Numbered from the stretch's first letter, positions 25,386-38,892 are shown. The stretch is DNA of 64,000 nt from Octopus bimaculoides (GCF_001194135.2 NC_068995.1:461964-525963); one strand, 5' to 3'. Made by a program: numbers and translations. Notes: generated from the letters alone by a model not told the origin.

Positions 25386-25789
25386 CTAAAACTTGTTACT
25401 CGTATATCTAAATAACAAATCCGGTTCTCTATATTCAGATTTCTTTATATATATAGGCGTATATATGAATATCGGTTTGTGTACACACACCACACACACA
25501 CATGCATGTGTATATATACAAGCTTGTATATATATATATTTCTTGCAAGATTCCTGATATGACAGATTCCTTGACATAACATTGCGACATAACACAGAAT
25601 TTTGAAATCTTAAATTCAGGGATTAAACAAATGACAAGGGAACAAGAATTGCATAATCAACGTCATTGATTTACACTTGTTTCAGCACTAAGAAACAGTG
25701 TGCTCAGAGCTGAGTGCTTGTGCGTCACTTGACAGCTCCTTCGGAGCCATTAAAATGAAGTGTATCTTTATTTGGCAAAGCATCGAATT

Positions 25790-26035
25790 AAAGAGAAATG
25801 CTTAGCTTCGAAGCCATAAACATGCATGAGAAATGCGATACAATTTGCGGGTGAGAAACCACAGTTCGAAACACCCAGATTTGGAGAATCATTTGTTGAA
25901 ACATGGACGCATAATGAGCATGCGCAAAACTGTTTAAGCGTAGAAATGCATAGAAATATATACGAGTTAATAAAATACATTGAAAAGGACGAACCAGCAG
26001 CAGAATCGGTGACATTCCAAGCAAAAGGCTTTTCT
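25790..26035 (+). mobile_element. Tigger/pogo CENP-B-type HTH fragment, highly degenerate
   Basis: GEKPQFETPDLENHLL... and DEPAAESVTFQAKG resemble the F.AS.GW motif region. It is cut by a SINE at 26035. Confidence 0.45.
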
Positions 26036-26205
26036 GCATTTTGCCCGTCTTTACGTTCTGCATTCAAATTTCACCGAGGTTGACTGTGCGTTCCATCTCT
26101 CTCGGAGATCAAGAAAATAAGAACCGATTGAGCGCTGGTGTCGCTGTAATCGACTTACCCCCACCTCCAAACCCGCTGGTCTTGTACCAAAATTGCAAAC
26201 CTCTG
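26035..26205 (+). mobile_element. SINE family A, degenerate
   Basis: gtctttacgttctgcattcaaatttcaccgaggttgact...gctggtgtcgctgtaatcgacttaccccc. Confidence 0.75.
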
Positions 26206-26894
26206 GGGTTTCGCAAAAAACAAAAAAAAGAGAGAAAGTAAAATATTATTGATAAATGAACATTATGGGTTTTTTGTGATCATGACCCTATATAATTTTT
26301 AATTCTATTTTAATTAGCTAAAGAGAAACCAGCAAGTTATTTGGTAAATTAATTAAACATAAATTTCTTATATTTGTCACTTAAGGGGTAAAAAAATCCA
26401 TTAACTAACAATAACGTTACAGTAACAATACACGGGAAATAACTCACTCAAATACACTATATCAAAGGAAGAGTTATTTTCCTTGTAACGTGAGGTGAGA
26501 ATGATGCATCAACTTGTAATGTAAAGATCAGCAATAATTCTGGAAAGATACGGCCACAAGTCGTTCCATCCATGACCATCTCGTCTTATAGCATATTAAA
26601 GCCTGCGTTATCATTGAATATCTGACATTGTAACCTTTAAAACTTCCATGCCAACACTACACTTGATATCCCCCCCCCCCCNNNNNNNNNNNNNNNNNNN
26701 NNNNNNNNNNNNNNNNNNNNNNNNNNNNNNNNNNNNNNNNNNNNNNNNNNNNNNNNNNNNNNNNNNNNNNNNNNNNNNNNNNNNNNNNNNNNNNNNNNNN
26801 NNNNNNNNNNNNNNNNNNNNNNNNNNNNNNNNNNNNNNNNNNNCCTCGTGAAAAGCTCCTTCGCTTACTCGAAAGTATGCGGAGTGTCTGCCAA

Positions 26895-26987
26895 TTAAGG
26901 TGATTTCAGATTTAGAATGACGGCGCCAATGGATCACGGAAGATGGTTAGACCGATATGACGAGTGGAGCACAGGAGATGAAAAGAT

Positions 26988-27018
<31 letters not shown>

Positions 27019-27749
27019 ATGTATGTATGTATGTATGCATGCAAGTATGTGTGGTCATCGCATAAATAATGCGGTTGCTGAGTCTAATTGCACGAATGAA
27101 CCTTTTTGGGACCGAATAGTGACTGGTGACGAGAAATGGGTTCTCTATAAAAATATCAAGGGCCGAAGACGGTGGGTAGAGAAACACCGGGACCCCAGGC
27201 TAAAGAAGGTCCTCACCCATGTAAGGTGTTTGTTAACTGGTTGGTGGGATGTTAAAGGTTTAGTCCACTTTGAACTTTTAAACCCAAACCAAACGAAAAC
27301 AAAGGAGATCTACTGTGAGCAGCTTGAGTGGCTTAAGTTAGTGCTAGAAGAAAAGTGACCGTCTTTGGTTTCAAGACGAAAGGTGTTCTTCCATTAGGAT
27401 AATGCTCGGCCACATACAGCGAGGATGACATTTCAAAGGCTGAAGCAGTTTGAATGGGAAACGATGTCTCATCCACCATATTCGTTGGACATTGCCCCAT
27501 CTGATTATCATTTATTCCGGAGTCTTCAAAATCATTTGGACAGGAAAAATATGAATTCTGTAGACGAGGTCAGAACAGTACTGGAGGAGTATTTTTCGTC
27601 AGGGTCAAGTGAATTTTGGAAGAGGAGCCTTGCAATTCTACCAGATAGATGGAAGAGCATTGTAGAAAATGAAGGGGAGGATATTTTAGATAAAAAAAAA
27701 AAAGACACTTTGTTAAAAAAAACCCACATTATTTATGGGGTGACCTAAT
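26895..27749 (+). mobile_element. mariner (DD34D) transposon, degraded, with 3' TIR
   Basis: DRIVTGDEKW (D 27128), DNARPH (D 27398), HPPYSLDIAPSDYHLF (D 27503; 34-residue spacing). In-frame stops present. Right end attatttatggggtgacctaat. Microsatellite at 26985-27045. Confidence 0.92.
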
Positions 27750-28165
27750 GGATGGATGGATGGATGGATATGATTTTGTTATGTGGATTCATATAACATA
27801 CATATATAGATACATGCATGTATGTGTACATACGTTCTTTCTTACATACATGTGTTATATGCGTACGTGTGTGTATGTATATATACATATGTATGTATTT
27901 GTATGTACTGACGAATATATCTATGTGGCTATATCTATCTCCACACATGCAGCATATTTATTCGTGTCCTAATCAGTTTTATGGTGTACTCGTTGGTAAC
28001 TATTTCTAAAAATACGAAACAGAAAATATAAAGAATCTTGTCAAAATAAACAACGAACAGGGGAAAATATACAACATGTCTCTATGGGGAACATTACTTT
28101 AACACAAACGGAGAGGCGTGGGCAGTGAAGAACACACATGATCAAGTACTATGCATAACACACAC

Positions 28166-28196
<31 letters not shown>

Positions 28197-29189
28197 GATA
28201 TGTGTGTGTATATACATACATTTGCATGCATACACATACATGTCTGTCTGTCTGTCTGTCAGTCTGTATGTAGGTCTCTTCTATTTTTTTATTATTATAA
28301 ATCTTCCACTGAGGGAGGAGCCGGTTCCCAACAAAGATATAAGGCTCCATCTTTGAGGATTGCTCTGCATTTTACATTTGATGTAATGTTCACATTGCTT
28401 AATTAAATGGAATCGCATGAAACGATCGTACTGCATTAACTTTATATATCCTTGTTGCTTATTTTGACTATATATATATATATATATANNNNNNNNNNNN
28501 NNNNNNNNNNNNNNNNNNNNNNNNNNNNNNNNNNNNNNNNNNNNNNNNNNNNNNNNNNNNNNNNNNNNNNNNNNNNNNNNNNNNNNNNNNNNNNNNNNNN
28601 NNNNNNNNNNNNNNNNNNNNNNNNNNNNNNNNNNNNNNNNNNNNNNNNNNNNNNNNNNNNNNNNNNNNNNNNNNNNNNNNNNNNNNNNNNNNNNNNNNNN
28701 NNNNNNNNNNNNNNNNNNNNNNNNNNNNNNNNNNNNNNNNNNNNNNNNNNNNNNNNNNNNNNNNNNNNNNNNNNNNNNNNNNNNNNNNNNNNNNNNNNNN
28801 NNNNNNNNNNNNNNNNNNNNNNNNNNNNNNNNNNNNNNNNNNNNNNNNNNNNNNNNNNNNNNNNNNNNNNNNNNNNNNNNNNNNNNNNNNNNNNNNNNNN
28901 NNNNNNNNNNNNNNNNNNNNNNNNNNNNNNNNNNNNNNNNNNNNNNNNNNNNNNNNNNNNNNNNNNNNNNNNNNNNNNNNTGTGTGTGTGTGTGTGTGTG
29001 TGTGTGTTTATAATCCTTGTTCTATTTTCGGATTATTAGCAGGGTTGTTTATCAGAATTATTACTGGGTGTTAGAAACATATTTTGTGAAAAGTGTTGAA
29101 GGTTCAATGATGAGTCTGTTTGGGTCTCACTAATCAACCTTTTATTGTTATGTATTTTGCAGCTTGAAGTCATGCTTTTGTGATTAGAA

Positions 29190-29270
29190 TGCTGGGATCA
29201 CTAGATCGTAAGCTGACATGTTCAATCCTTTGACCAGACGGCGCTTTGTGTCCTTGGAAATTACTCTCGA
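29190..29270 (+). mobile_element. SINE family C head fragment
   Basis: cactagatcgtaagctgacatgttcaatcc..gaccagacggcgctttgtgtccttgg. Confidence 0.45.
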
Positions 29271-30785
29271 ACCAGTCGCAAGGCAACCTTTTCTCCGTCA
29301 TCCTGGATGTTCTGCTGGGTAAATCTGTGATATCTTGAGGCTTATCATATCTCCGTATGACTATACTCGCCTCTAAAACAGTCGGCGAAAGACGCTGCAG
29401 ACGTCGAAGTTATATTCAATACGAAGAGACAGCCATGACAATATTATCCCTGATATATCTTGTCAAAAGAATCTTCGCTCATTTGATAATAGTAATGCAT
29501 TGAATGAAAGCTGTTTGAAGGACAAGACATCATCTTCAACATCAAAAAGAAATGCGTATTAATAAAAATGAAAAGGAAAAAATAAAACATGATGTCTTAA
29601 CTCACGTCTTAATTTGAATGTCATTTCTAACAATGTAAAGAATTTTCTATATTTACAAAACATTTCCTCTACGGGCCATAGATAGGATAACTTCGACACA
29701 AACAACACAAAGTCGGTTATAGCACTACCGAAAATCTCGCTACTTGAATTGCCAAAGTCAGCAGAAGCATTCTTGTTAGCACAATTTCGAAACATGGTCA
29801 GCATCCGTGTAAGAACAATGACACAGGAAGATGTATCCTCAAAGATAGGTGCCTCCCCAAACAATTAGTTTATCGTGCTAAAAATTGTCTTGAAGATGTC
29901 ACATGAAACATGTTATATCGGAATAAGTGAGAGTATATTTAAAACATAAGTGCACACACTGCAACAGAATCATTATTTTAAATAAATAGTAAAACATTAT
30001 CCAACTTCATTGGCCGAAAATGTCTGAAGTCTTACGAATAATTATTAACGATTTCAAGATAGATAATTATTGAAAAGTTATTGGAAAGAAACGTCAATAT
30101 ACGGCATATCATAATACTGGAATACGCTTCATTAGTAATTTACAAGATGGTAGGCTAAAAACTTTACTCGTTCCAGTCCTAGTTAGTCGCATTCAAATTG
30201 TGTTCCATCGTTATAAGGCATTTTTAATGATTTTCAAATTTCTTTTTCTATTCGTTCCTGAATATTATTTGCTGGGTGGATAAATAGAAATGGGAATCTT
30301 GAAGAAGCAGCTCTTCAAAGATTTCACTTCAAATGATTTGAAAATGTCTTGGGTTTATCTGTTCCATTACTTTCTAAGTTCAAATTCCACCTAGGTGTTG
30401 ATGACCACGGTTAAGCACTCGACACCCGGAACACAGTTACACGTATTTGACCAGAATGGACAGAGAGTCCTAGAACCAGCAGGTTAGACATCATTCAGTA
30501 ATGGATCAAACATGGACAGAAATCGTAAAAGGTTTTGCGATCGGTCGGGGGTTCTTATTTACAGAATTGCGAACTTTATAGTGTTGGGCACGGTGGGAGC
30601 ATATCAAAGTTAAAAAAGAAAAGAATCGAGAGAAAGTATGAATGTATGTATGTAATGAATGTATGTATGTATATAAGTATGCATGCACAATTGCATATGT
30701 CTTTATGGACATATGTACTAATAAACATACATACACACATTTATATATATACACACACAGCATTGTTGCAATGAAAATAAAACTT

Positions 30786-30816
<31 letters not shown>

Positions 30817-30823
30817 GTATATT

Positions 30824-30861
<38 letters not shown>

Positions 30862-32129
30862 NNNNNNNNNNNNNNNNNNNNNNNNNNNNNNNNNNNNNNN
30901 NNNNNNNNNNNNNNNNNNNNNNNNNNNNNNNNNNNNNNNNNNNNNNNNNNNNNNNNNNNNNNNNNNNNNNNNNNNNNNNNNNNNNNNNNNNNNNNNNNNN
31001 NNNNNNNNNNNNNNNNNNNNNNNNNNNNNNNNNNNNNNNNNNNNNNNNNNNNNNNNNNNNNNNNNNNNNNNNNNNNNNNNNNNNNNNNNNNNNNNNNNNN
31101 NNNNNNNNNNNNNNNNNNNNNNNNNNNNNNNNNNNNNNNNNNNNNNNNNNNNNNNNNNNNNNNNNNNNNNNNNNNNNNNNNNNNNNNNNNNNNNNNNNNN
31201 NNNNNNNNNNNNNNNNNNNNNNNNNNNNNNNNNNNNNNNNNNNNNNNNNNNNNNNNNNNNNNNNNNNNNNNNNNNNNNNNNNNNNNNNNNNNNNNNNNNN
31301 NNNNNNNNNNNNNNNNNNNNNNNNNNNNNNNNNNNNNNNNNNNNNNNNNNNNNNNNNNNNNNNNNNNNNNNNNNNNNNNNNNNNNNNNNNNNNNNNNNNN
31401 NNNNNNNNNNNNNNNNNGTGGTGGAGGTGGCGGTGGTGGTGGAGGTGGTGGTAGGCAGCAAGAGGAAATTACTAATTACCAACTGGATGGTATGTTTAAG
31501 ACAAAACTGCTGCTCATAAATACCACCTTGAGGTGTAACTACTTCCCCCTCCATCCTTGCCCTCCACTCTTTTCCTTCACCATCGCCCACCATTCTAGCC
31601 CTCCACCCTTGTTCTCCACCATCTTCCTTCATTGTCGCCCTCCATCCTTGCCCTCTACCTCCAATCTAATCAAAGTCGAAATAAACCAAAGAAAGAAAAA
31701 AAAAGAAATTCTTCTCACATTTGTTGTTCTGACAATTGTTGTAGTTTTTGTAGTTGTTCTTGTTGTTGTTGTGCTTTGATCGGAGTAACTCCAATCATGA
31801 CCACCTCGTCTTTTTATTCCGTTAGGATTACATTGTCTGATGCGTCTTTGCCTTTTTTTTAAAGATAATGAGTGACCCGAGAGAAATTTCTTTGCTATGT
31901 CTAGCAGATTAATCGTCCACGTAGTGCCTTTATTATCAAGTTATTGACCAGTTGTTGCTGTTGTTGTTGTTTCCCCAACACCACTGCCCCCACCACCATA
32001 GACTGGCACATGGTCAAAAATTTATGCAGTGACTAGAATTATAGTAGATTAAATCTAAAGCAGTTCCCCAGGGCGGATCATCCCCACCCATCGCCCCTTT
32101 CCTATGCTACTGGTTTCTAGTATTTGTTC

Positions 32130-32210
32130 TGACTCTTCTGCGTTTTGAGTTCAAATCCTGCCCAAGTCAACATTGTCTTTTATCTTTATGGGGTCAATAA
32201 AATAGTACGC
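32130..32210 (+). mobile_element. SINE family A fragment
   Basis: tgagttcaaatcctgcccaagtcaacattgtcttttatctttatggggtcaataaaatagtac. Confidence 0.65.
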
Positions 32211-33708
32211 GTCCATGGTGGCGTATTGCATTGATAGACTCTGTAAGCGCGGGGGGGGGGGTTTACACAAGGTGCCTTGTGGTATTTATTCTGGTTCTTT
32301 GTCTTCTGACAGCAGTGTCTGTAACAACATTGGAGACAAGCTGTTCTGGCCTAAATCGATGGCCATTTGCTTTGGCTAATATTGAGGACATAGAAATGTG
32401 AAATCCTCATGCACAGACAGCTTCCACGCTTCTTCAAAACAGTGTTACATAGGTCTAAGGGTCAACATTGACCGTCAGTGGTCCTTACATTTATTCCAAC
32501 TCCTTCCGTTTTGGTTTCAAATTACTTTCTAGCCTGCTTGAGTGGAAGATTTAATCCGTCTCTCGATTTAACGCCACTACCTGGTTATTGGGGGACATTA
32601 AACGAAGTTCCCAATGCTGCAAGTAATCGGACTGGGCTTCCAGCTTGCGGATAACTCCCCTCCCTTTCTACCCCTCATTCTCCCTCTCCCCCAATCCCCA
32701 CTAATCTCGGAGGTTTAATCTATATCAGTCACTGACAATAATCTTTCCTTATCTTCTCATATGTCTAATCCCCTCATTTGCATGCATAAGATTTGATGAA
32801 TCTAACTCGACCGTTATTTTTTCTTACCAATGGCGTCCCTGAGTATATTTTTCACAATTATTAAGAACCATATATCTCTTTGCCTAATCATCATCAACTC
32901 ATATTCCAAACTTCTCAATTCCTTTTAACAAGTTCTTAGTTTTAATAGATTTTTCGAGATTAGTTTTCAGTTATTACATTCCATATCGTCTTTCGCAATG
33001 TTTACAGAAAGCACATTCTACATCGCAGAGATTCCATTCTTTAGACTAATCTGTCTGTTCTCCAATGAATTTCCTCCTCTTTTCACACAGGCTCACCTTT
33101 CTGTTTTAATTTAAATAATTTATTCCTATCTTCAAATAAGACAGAACGGATGTAGTTTGTGGAAATTCGGTTGTTATTTCTAGCCGAACGATTGACTGTA
33201 TAGAAGCCCTATCGTGAGATCGAGGAACTCCATCGTTAAGACATGACAAGCATCTCAGATGTTATGACGTCATAATTTCATTCTCATCGTTTAAGACGGA
33301 CACGTATTTCTCTATAAAAATCTCAATTAACACAGAGTTTTTTTTTTTTTATCTGTCGCATATGGTTGGAGTCCAAAACAAGCGACAAGATGGAGGTTAT
33401 TTTTATATTTGTTTCTCTGAGTAATTTGTGTTTGTTATTTACGTCTCGCGAAGAATTATCACTTCTTTTTCTTATTTGTGTTTTCTATTTATGTATATCA
33501 TGTGAATGTATGATGCAATAGTTTACCTGTGTAGACGTTAGCTAAGACAGGTGTTTGCCAGTCACCTGTTAGGACAGGAATTTCAAAAATATAAGAAATG
33601 TGAGGACGTTCACAAGTATCGAGTCGCGTGGTGGGAAGGGTGGGATGAATTCATGTTTTATATTGTCTGCTTTAGTATGGATGTCCTTACTCGAACAACG
33701 TACTGTTT

Positions 33709-33750
<42 letters not shown>

Positions 33751-34171
33751 TGTATACAGGGAGAGAGAAAGAGAAAGAGATACATACATGCATACAATTA
33801 GAACAATTGAAGGACGTGTCGATTCTTTACGGCCATTTCTAACGAAGTTTTTGATTAGTGGGTACATTATATCATTATAAAGAAACCGTTTTCGTCAGAG
33901 GAGTACATGAACTTTACAATCAAAGACATTTAAAATAATCTTTGAGAAATAATTTAAAATCCACGGTAACATGTTCAACAATTCTGTCACTAGTTTCAGA
34001 AGCACTTTTGAGCCTGCTCCTCCCGTGTTCTGAAGTATATTATGGACTGTGTATTTAATAAAATGTCCGTGTCTGAATAACTCAAGAGAGGGTTATATAT
34101 TCGGTTGGGTCCAATTAACAGTATAAATGACCTTGTGCCTAGAATACAAATGATTATTTTATTTCTACCAG

Positions 34172-34204
34172 TCTTTTGACTATGCTGGGTCACTTCCTTG
34201 AAGG
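34172..34204 (+). CDS. Candidate 33-nt micro-exon (phase 2 to 2; LLTMLGHFLE), product unknown
   Basis: Acceptor ttattttatttctaccAG and donor agg|GTAAGT; only one of three frames is open. No homology recognised. Confidence 0.25.
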
Positions 34205-34924
34205 GTAAGTCAAACAAAATGCCCCAGTATATATTTACCCCTGGTACTTACTCTATCGGCCTCTTTCTACCTGACCGTTAAACTACAAAGGTGCAAATAT
34301 AAAGATGCATACATGCACCCACATATATACACATGCGCTCTCTCTCTCATACACACACACACACACACACATAGACGCACACATGTACATAAATATATTT
34401 ATACCTAGCTAGCTTTCGCTGCTCTTATCTCTCTCCTACTCTATATATACATACACACACAAATTTATGTGTATATGTGTCACCAGTATTGTTATAAAGC
34501 AACGTTATCATGAGCCATATTATTTTTTTGTAGAAACAAAAATGCTTATCTGCTTCGGTGGAACTGTGTTGAAAGATCGTGCGGTGTCAGTTGTCAGAAA
34601 AAGACTATTTATACCAACAGAAGCCTTTATTCCTTCCTATATATCTGTTAGTCTGTCTGTGTGTCTATCGTGCTGTTAATTTGTAAATCTATTATACTCA
34701 TACCTACACACCAAAACCTTTTCAGTTTGTTTTCCTTGAGCCTGTTTGGGAACATAATGCTAGTAAGCATAAGCATGGATTATATGTAGCTCAGTCTCCT
34801 AAGCCTGATAAGCTAGGTTCGTATAGAGAGCCTACAAAACTTTAATCGCATAGAGGCGAATCAAACTGTTGTTAAATAAGAACAACAAAAACAACAACAG
34901 TAATAATAACGGTAATAATAATAA

Positions 34925-35411
34925 TTATGGACAATTTCATAGGAATGTCGAAGATGAGACAGACAGAAAAAAGGTGGCTGTGGATGACCGTATGGCATAT
35001 TATCAGTTACTGAACGCCATTATCCCAGGAATATTAGCCAATTCGATCGCACCACCCGAAAGACAATGACAATGCATGGTGCCCTCTACTTTAAGGGGAA
35101 CGTACACAGGCTCTACATGAAGAAGTGTAAAGGTGGACGTGGGCTGATTAGCGTACGGTAGTGCATTAACAGTGAGAGAAAAAAGATAGTAAACAGCAAA
35201 CAAGATCTGCTACAGTATGCTGTTAATGCAGAAGGATTTACCAACAATGGAGTGGAGGGTGCCAACGAATTCCGATCACGAATAGCCAGCGAGAGAGAAG
35301 AAACTCTACTCCGCATGGAATTACATGATCAGTTCCGCCGTGAAACTAACAAATTAAAAGACCGGGAAGTATCATGGAGGTGGCTCAGCAAGGGTGACCA
35401 TAAAAAGGAAT
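34925..35411 (+). mobile_element. R4/Dong-type LINE fragments (two out-of-order pieces)
   Basis: GQFHRNVEDETDRKK/RWLWM (34925-34990), then FDRTTRKTMTMHGALYFKGNVHRLYMKKCKGGRGLISV...ELHDQFRRETNKLKDREVSWRWLSKGDHKKE. Confidence 0.8.
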
Positions 35412-35692
35412 ATACCACCAGCATTGTCTAAACGACCGCAATATTAGTTTCGGAATTCATCCAAGGCTAGGACCACGGGTCATACGTCTCCTACCCAATT
35501 TAGGATCACAACACATAAATATATTGCAACACAATTTCTTTTCTTCAACAGGCTCTGCCCTATTTAACATTGTCCCGAAACAGGTCATAGGAAAAGGACC
35601 CCATCACCTTTAAACGGAGTCTGGATAAATTTCTTCAAAGAATACCAGATAAGCCACCTATATCTGGATAGAACTCACTCAACAAGAACTCC
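35412..35692 (+). mobile_element. CR1-type LINE 3' end
   Basis: HCLND..FGIHPRLGPRVIR..LQHNFF..ALFNIVPKQV..DPITFKRSLDKFLQRIPDKP..NSL matches the typical F(K/R)..LDKFL..PD.P terminus. Confidence 0.75.
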
Positions 35693-36319
35693 NNNNNNNN
35701 NNNNNNNNNNNNNNNNNNNNNNNNNNNNNNNNNNNNNNNNNNNNNNNNNNNNNNNNNNNNNNNNNNNNNNNNNNNNNNNNNNNNNNNNNNNNNNNNNNNN
35801 NNNNNNNNNNNNNNNNNNNNNNNNNNNNNNNNNNNNNNNNNNNNNNNNNNNNNNNNNNNATATATACACACACACCATGCCAACTTTAGGACGAAAACTT
35901 CTAAATGCAGTGAGTGGTATTCAATCTCGGTTCTGCAGTTAATTTCCCTTCTTCCAAGTATGCCGAAGATGTACAAGTGACGTGTAAAGCTCGTATCGTT
36001 ACACATATTCGCTCTGGCATTGAGAACACTTTTAATATTAGTCTGCTTCTTCATCAGTTCTCCTTACTAAAGTTCTTCTTCATTTCTGTATATTATATCG
36101 TATTAGTTTCATTTACTCGAAGGTATTTGCTACTCCTGTTTTAATTCTTCGGTTTCAGCCTCTAAAGCTACCTTAATGCTTTGAGCGTTAATTAATTTGC
36201 CTCTTCTTAGTCTACCTGACACATTTGCCTAATCTCATACATACTTTCATATTACTGCTTAATACTACATGGACAGGCTTAATGCCTTCTCCAGCTGCCT
36301 GTTGTCTCTCATATGTACA

Positions 36320-36384
<65 letters not shown>

Positions 36385-36676
36385 CATACATATTATATAG
36401 ATACATATATACAGGCATCATATGTATATACATATATACATGTACATATATATATATACGTACGAACATACATACACACCACATATATAATTATATATAT
36501 ATATGCACATTTAAATCAGTTTATAGAGAGGACTGTTGTTTAAAATAATAATGATGATGATAACGATGATTATTATTATTATTATTATAATAACTACATG
36601 TTCTTGAGATGTGTGCACCACTTTCTTCTAAGAATGTAGAACTGTTTCTGCACAGTGCAACTGTAGTTGATAGATA

Positions 36677-36722
<46 letters not shown>

Positions 36723-37208
36723 ATGAGCTGAGAGAAATAACTGGTCACGCATGTGGTCAACGTATCCTCTTCGTTTTCTCTGTAGGATTTCTTGTGCTGT
36801 TGATTTTAGAACGCCGAGTCACACCCGATCTAAATAAATCAAGCAAACTTGTGACCAAAGTCGTTCCAGCCATGACTTTGTTATCTATGTAATTTCAGAC
36901 ATTCTATTTGTAAGAATATATCATTCAACGGCATCCTTCTTTTTTAAACCTTGCAGGGAGCTATTTACGGGAGTTGTTACTAGTATTTCTAGCATTTCGC
37001 TGCTCCTCTTTGACGATAGCATTGTTGAAGTTAGTAAAGGTGATAGTGGTGGCGGTGATGGGGATGGTGATGATGATGCAATACGAATATAGCTGCTCCA
37101 CACAGATTTTTAGACGGTACCGTTAAATCTAGGATGTCTTCAGCAGCAGAATAAACAGCAGGGTGATGGTGTCGTCATAACAACTTTTGATCCAACTATT
37201 TGCTACAG

Positions 37209-37264
37209 TGATATCGCTAACAACTATGGCCGACAGGATACCTTTTCTTTTCCCTTTGATGCTG
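37209..37264 (+). CDS. Candidate 56-nt exon (DIANNYGRQDTFSFPFDA, or ATG-start MADRIPFLFPLML), product unknown
   Basis: Acceptor ccaactatttgctacAG and donor ctg|GTAAGT; phase-compatible with 34172-34204. Confidence 0.25.
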
Positions 37265-37359
37265 GTAAGTCTGCCTGTTGCACAGACATCGTAGTTCCAC
37301 GCTGTTCTCGTTAGTGCTAGGTCTGTCTGCAGCAGTTTGGCTCACCATATTCCACACTC

Positions 37360-37760
37360 CACTCTCTTTACCTCCACCCCCCCCCACACTCTGCACTCCA
37401 CTCTCTAAAGCACATACACCACACTCCACTCTCATCACATTACTCCTCACACTTCACATGTTATACTTCACTTGTCAGTCCCACTTAACACACCCCACCC
37501 ACATTCTTTTTCACGCACTATACTCACACTCTTTCCCTCATTTGACACCACACTCTCCCTCACTCCACTCAATACGCCTCACTTAACATTCCTTACTCTT
37601 TACACTCCAGATTCCAGTCACACTACTCAATACATCACACTTCAAATTCCTCATACTCAACACCTTCACTCCCACTCTCTTTATACCACACTCATCCTCA
37701 CTCCTCCCCGACCACCCCTTATTCTTAACACTCGATATACAGTCCATTCTCGTATCAAAT
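37360..37760. repeat. Degenerate CACTC/CACAC-rich low-complexity tract
   Basis: Strong C/A/T skew with recurring cactcc and cacact units. Confidence 0.7.
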
Positions 37761-38089
37761 CTCTCATCTTGGACATCAGAAAGCAAAAACATTTTTAGAC
37801 CTTTCCAAACAAACACCCGCTTCTTCCCCTTTTATTTTCATTCCATATATTCCCCCCCCCTCTCTCTCTCTCTCTCTTTTTTCCTTGTTTCCTTCCTACC
37901 TTCCTTCCTTTCTTTCTTCCACCTCTACGGCTACGTTTCCATCCACTTCAAGAAGTTCTCTTCAAGTACAGAATAACGATTCAAAATGTCTTCTAAACGT
38001 TTGAGTAACGAAATATCGTTGATGTCAATACATCTCTTTTTTTTTATTATCACAGAATCGGTCTACAACAATAACAACAACAATAATAG

Positions 38090-38303
38090 TCCTTTCCACT
38101 TTAGGCACAAGGCTTGAAATTTTGATGGGAGGGGACTAGTCGATTGAATCGGCTCCAGTGTTTCAGTGGTACTTAATTTATCGACCCAGAAAAGATGAAA
38201 GTCAAGGTTGACCTCAGCAGAATTTGAACGCAGAACGTAGTGATGGGCGAAATACCGCTAAGCATTTCGTCCAGCGTGCTAACGATTCCGCCAACTCGGT
38301 GCC
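38090..38303 (-). mobile_element. SINE family A, near full length
   Basis: Complete reverse complement of the head (ggcaccgagttggcggaatcgttagcacgctggacgaaatgcttagcggtatttcg), body and tail; (ATT)n-type arrays on both sides. Confidence 0.9.
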
Positions 38304-38431
38304 ATAATAATAATAATAATAATTCTTGCCTTAATCTCTTTCTGCGAAGTGTATTGAGAAAATCCAGGCCTACCTATGAGCTTTCTAAAAAAAAAAGGAG
38401 GAGGGGAGTGAAAATAAATTCCCTGCTATAC

Positions 38432-38474
<43 letters not shown>

Positions 38475-38805
38475 CAATATATGAGTATATGCATATATAT
38501 GTACATACCTTCATCTACATGTACATATAGATACATAACTGGGTACATGACGTGGCAAAAGAACATGGACAAAATGATAAACAAGGTACAACAAACAAGN
38601 NNNNNNNNNNNNNNNNNNNNNNNNNNNNNNNNNNNNNNNNNNNNNNNNNNNNNNNNNNNNNNNNNNNNNNNNNNNNNNNNNNNNNNNNNNNNNNNNNNNN
38701 NNNNNNNNNNNNNNNNNNNNNNNNNNNNNNNNNNNNNNNNNNNNNNNNNNNNNNNNNNNNNNNNNNNNNNNNNNNNNNNNTATATATATATATATATATA
38801 TATAT

Positions 38806-38892
<87 letters not shown>

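Noticed and set aside
29559-29864. 101-aa minus-strand ORF with GPCR-like hints (VIVLTR, AITD, W..CK)
   Set aside because: Motif spacing does not fit TM1-TM3, there are too few hydrophobic residues, and it starts at a non-ATG codon. Only the 63-nt sub-segment is kept as an exon candidate.
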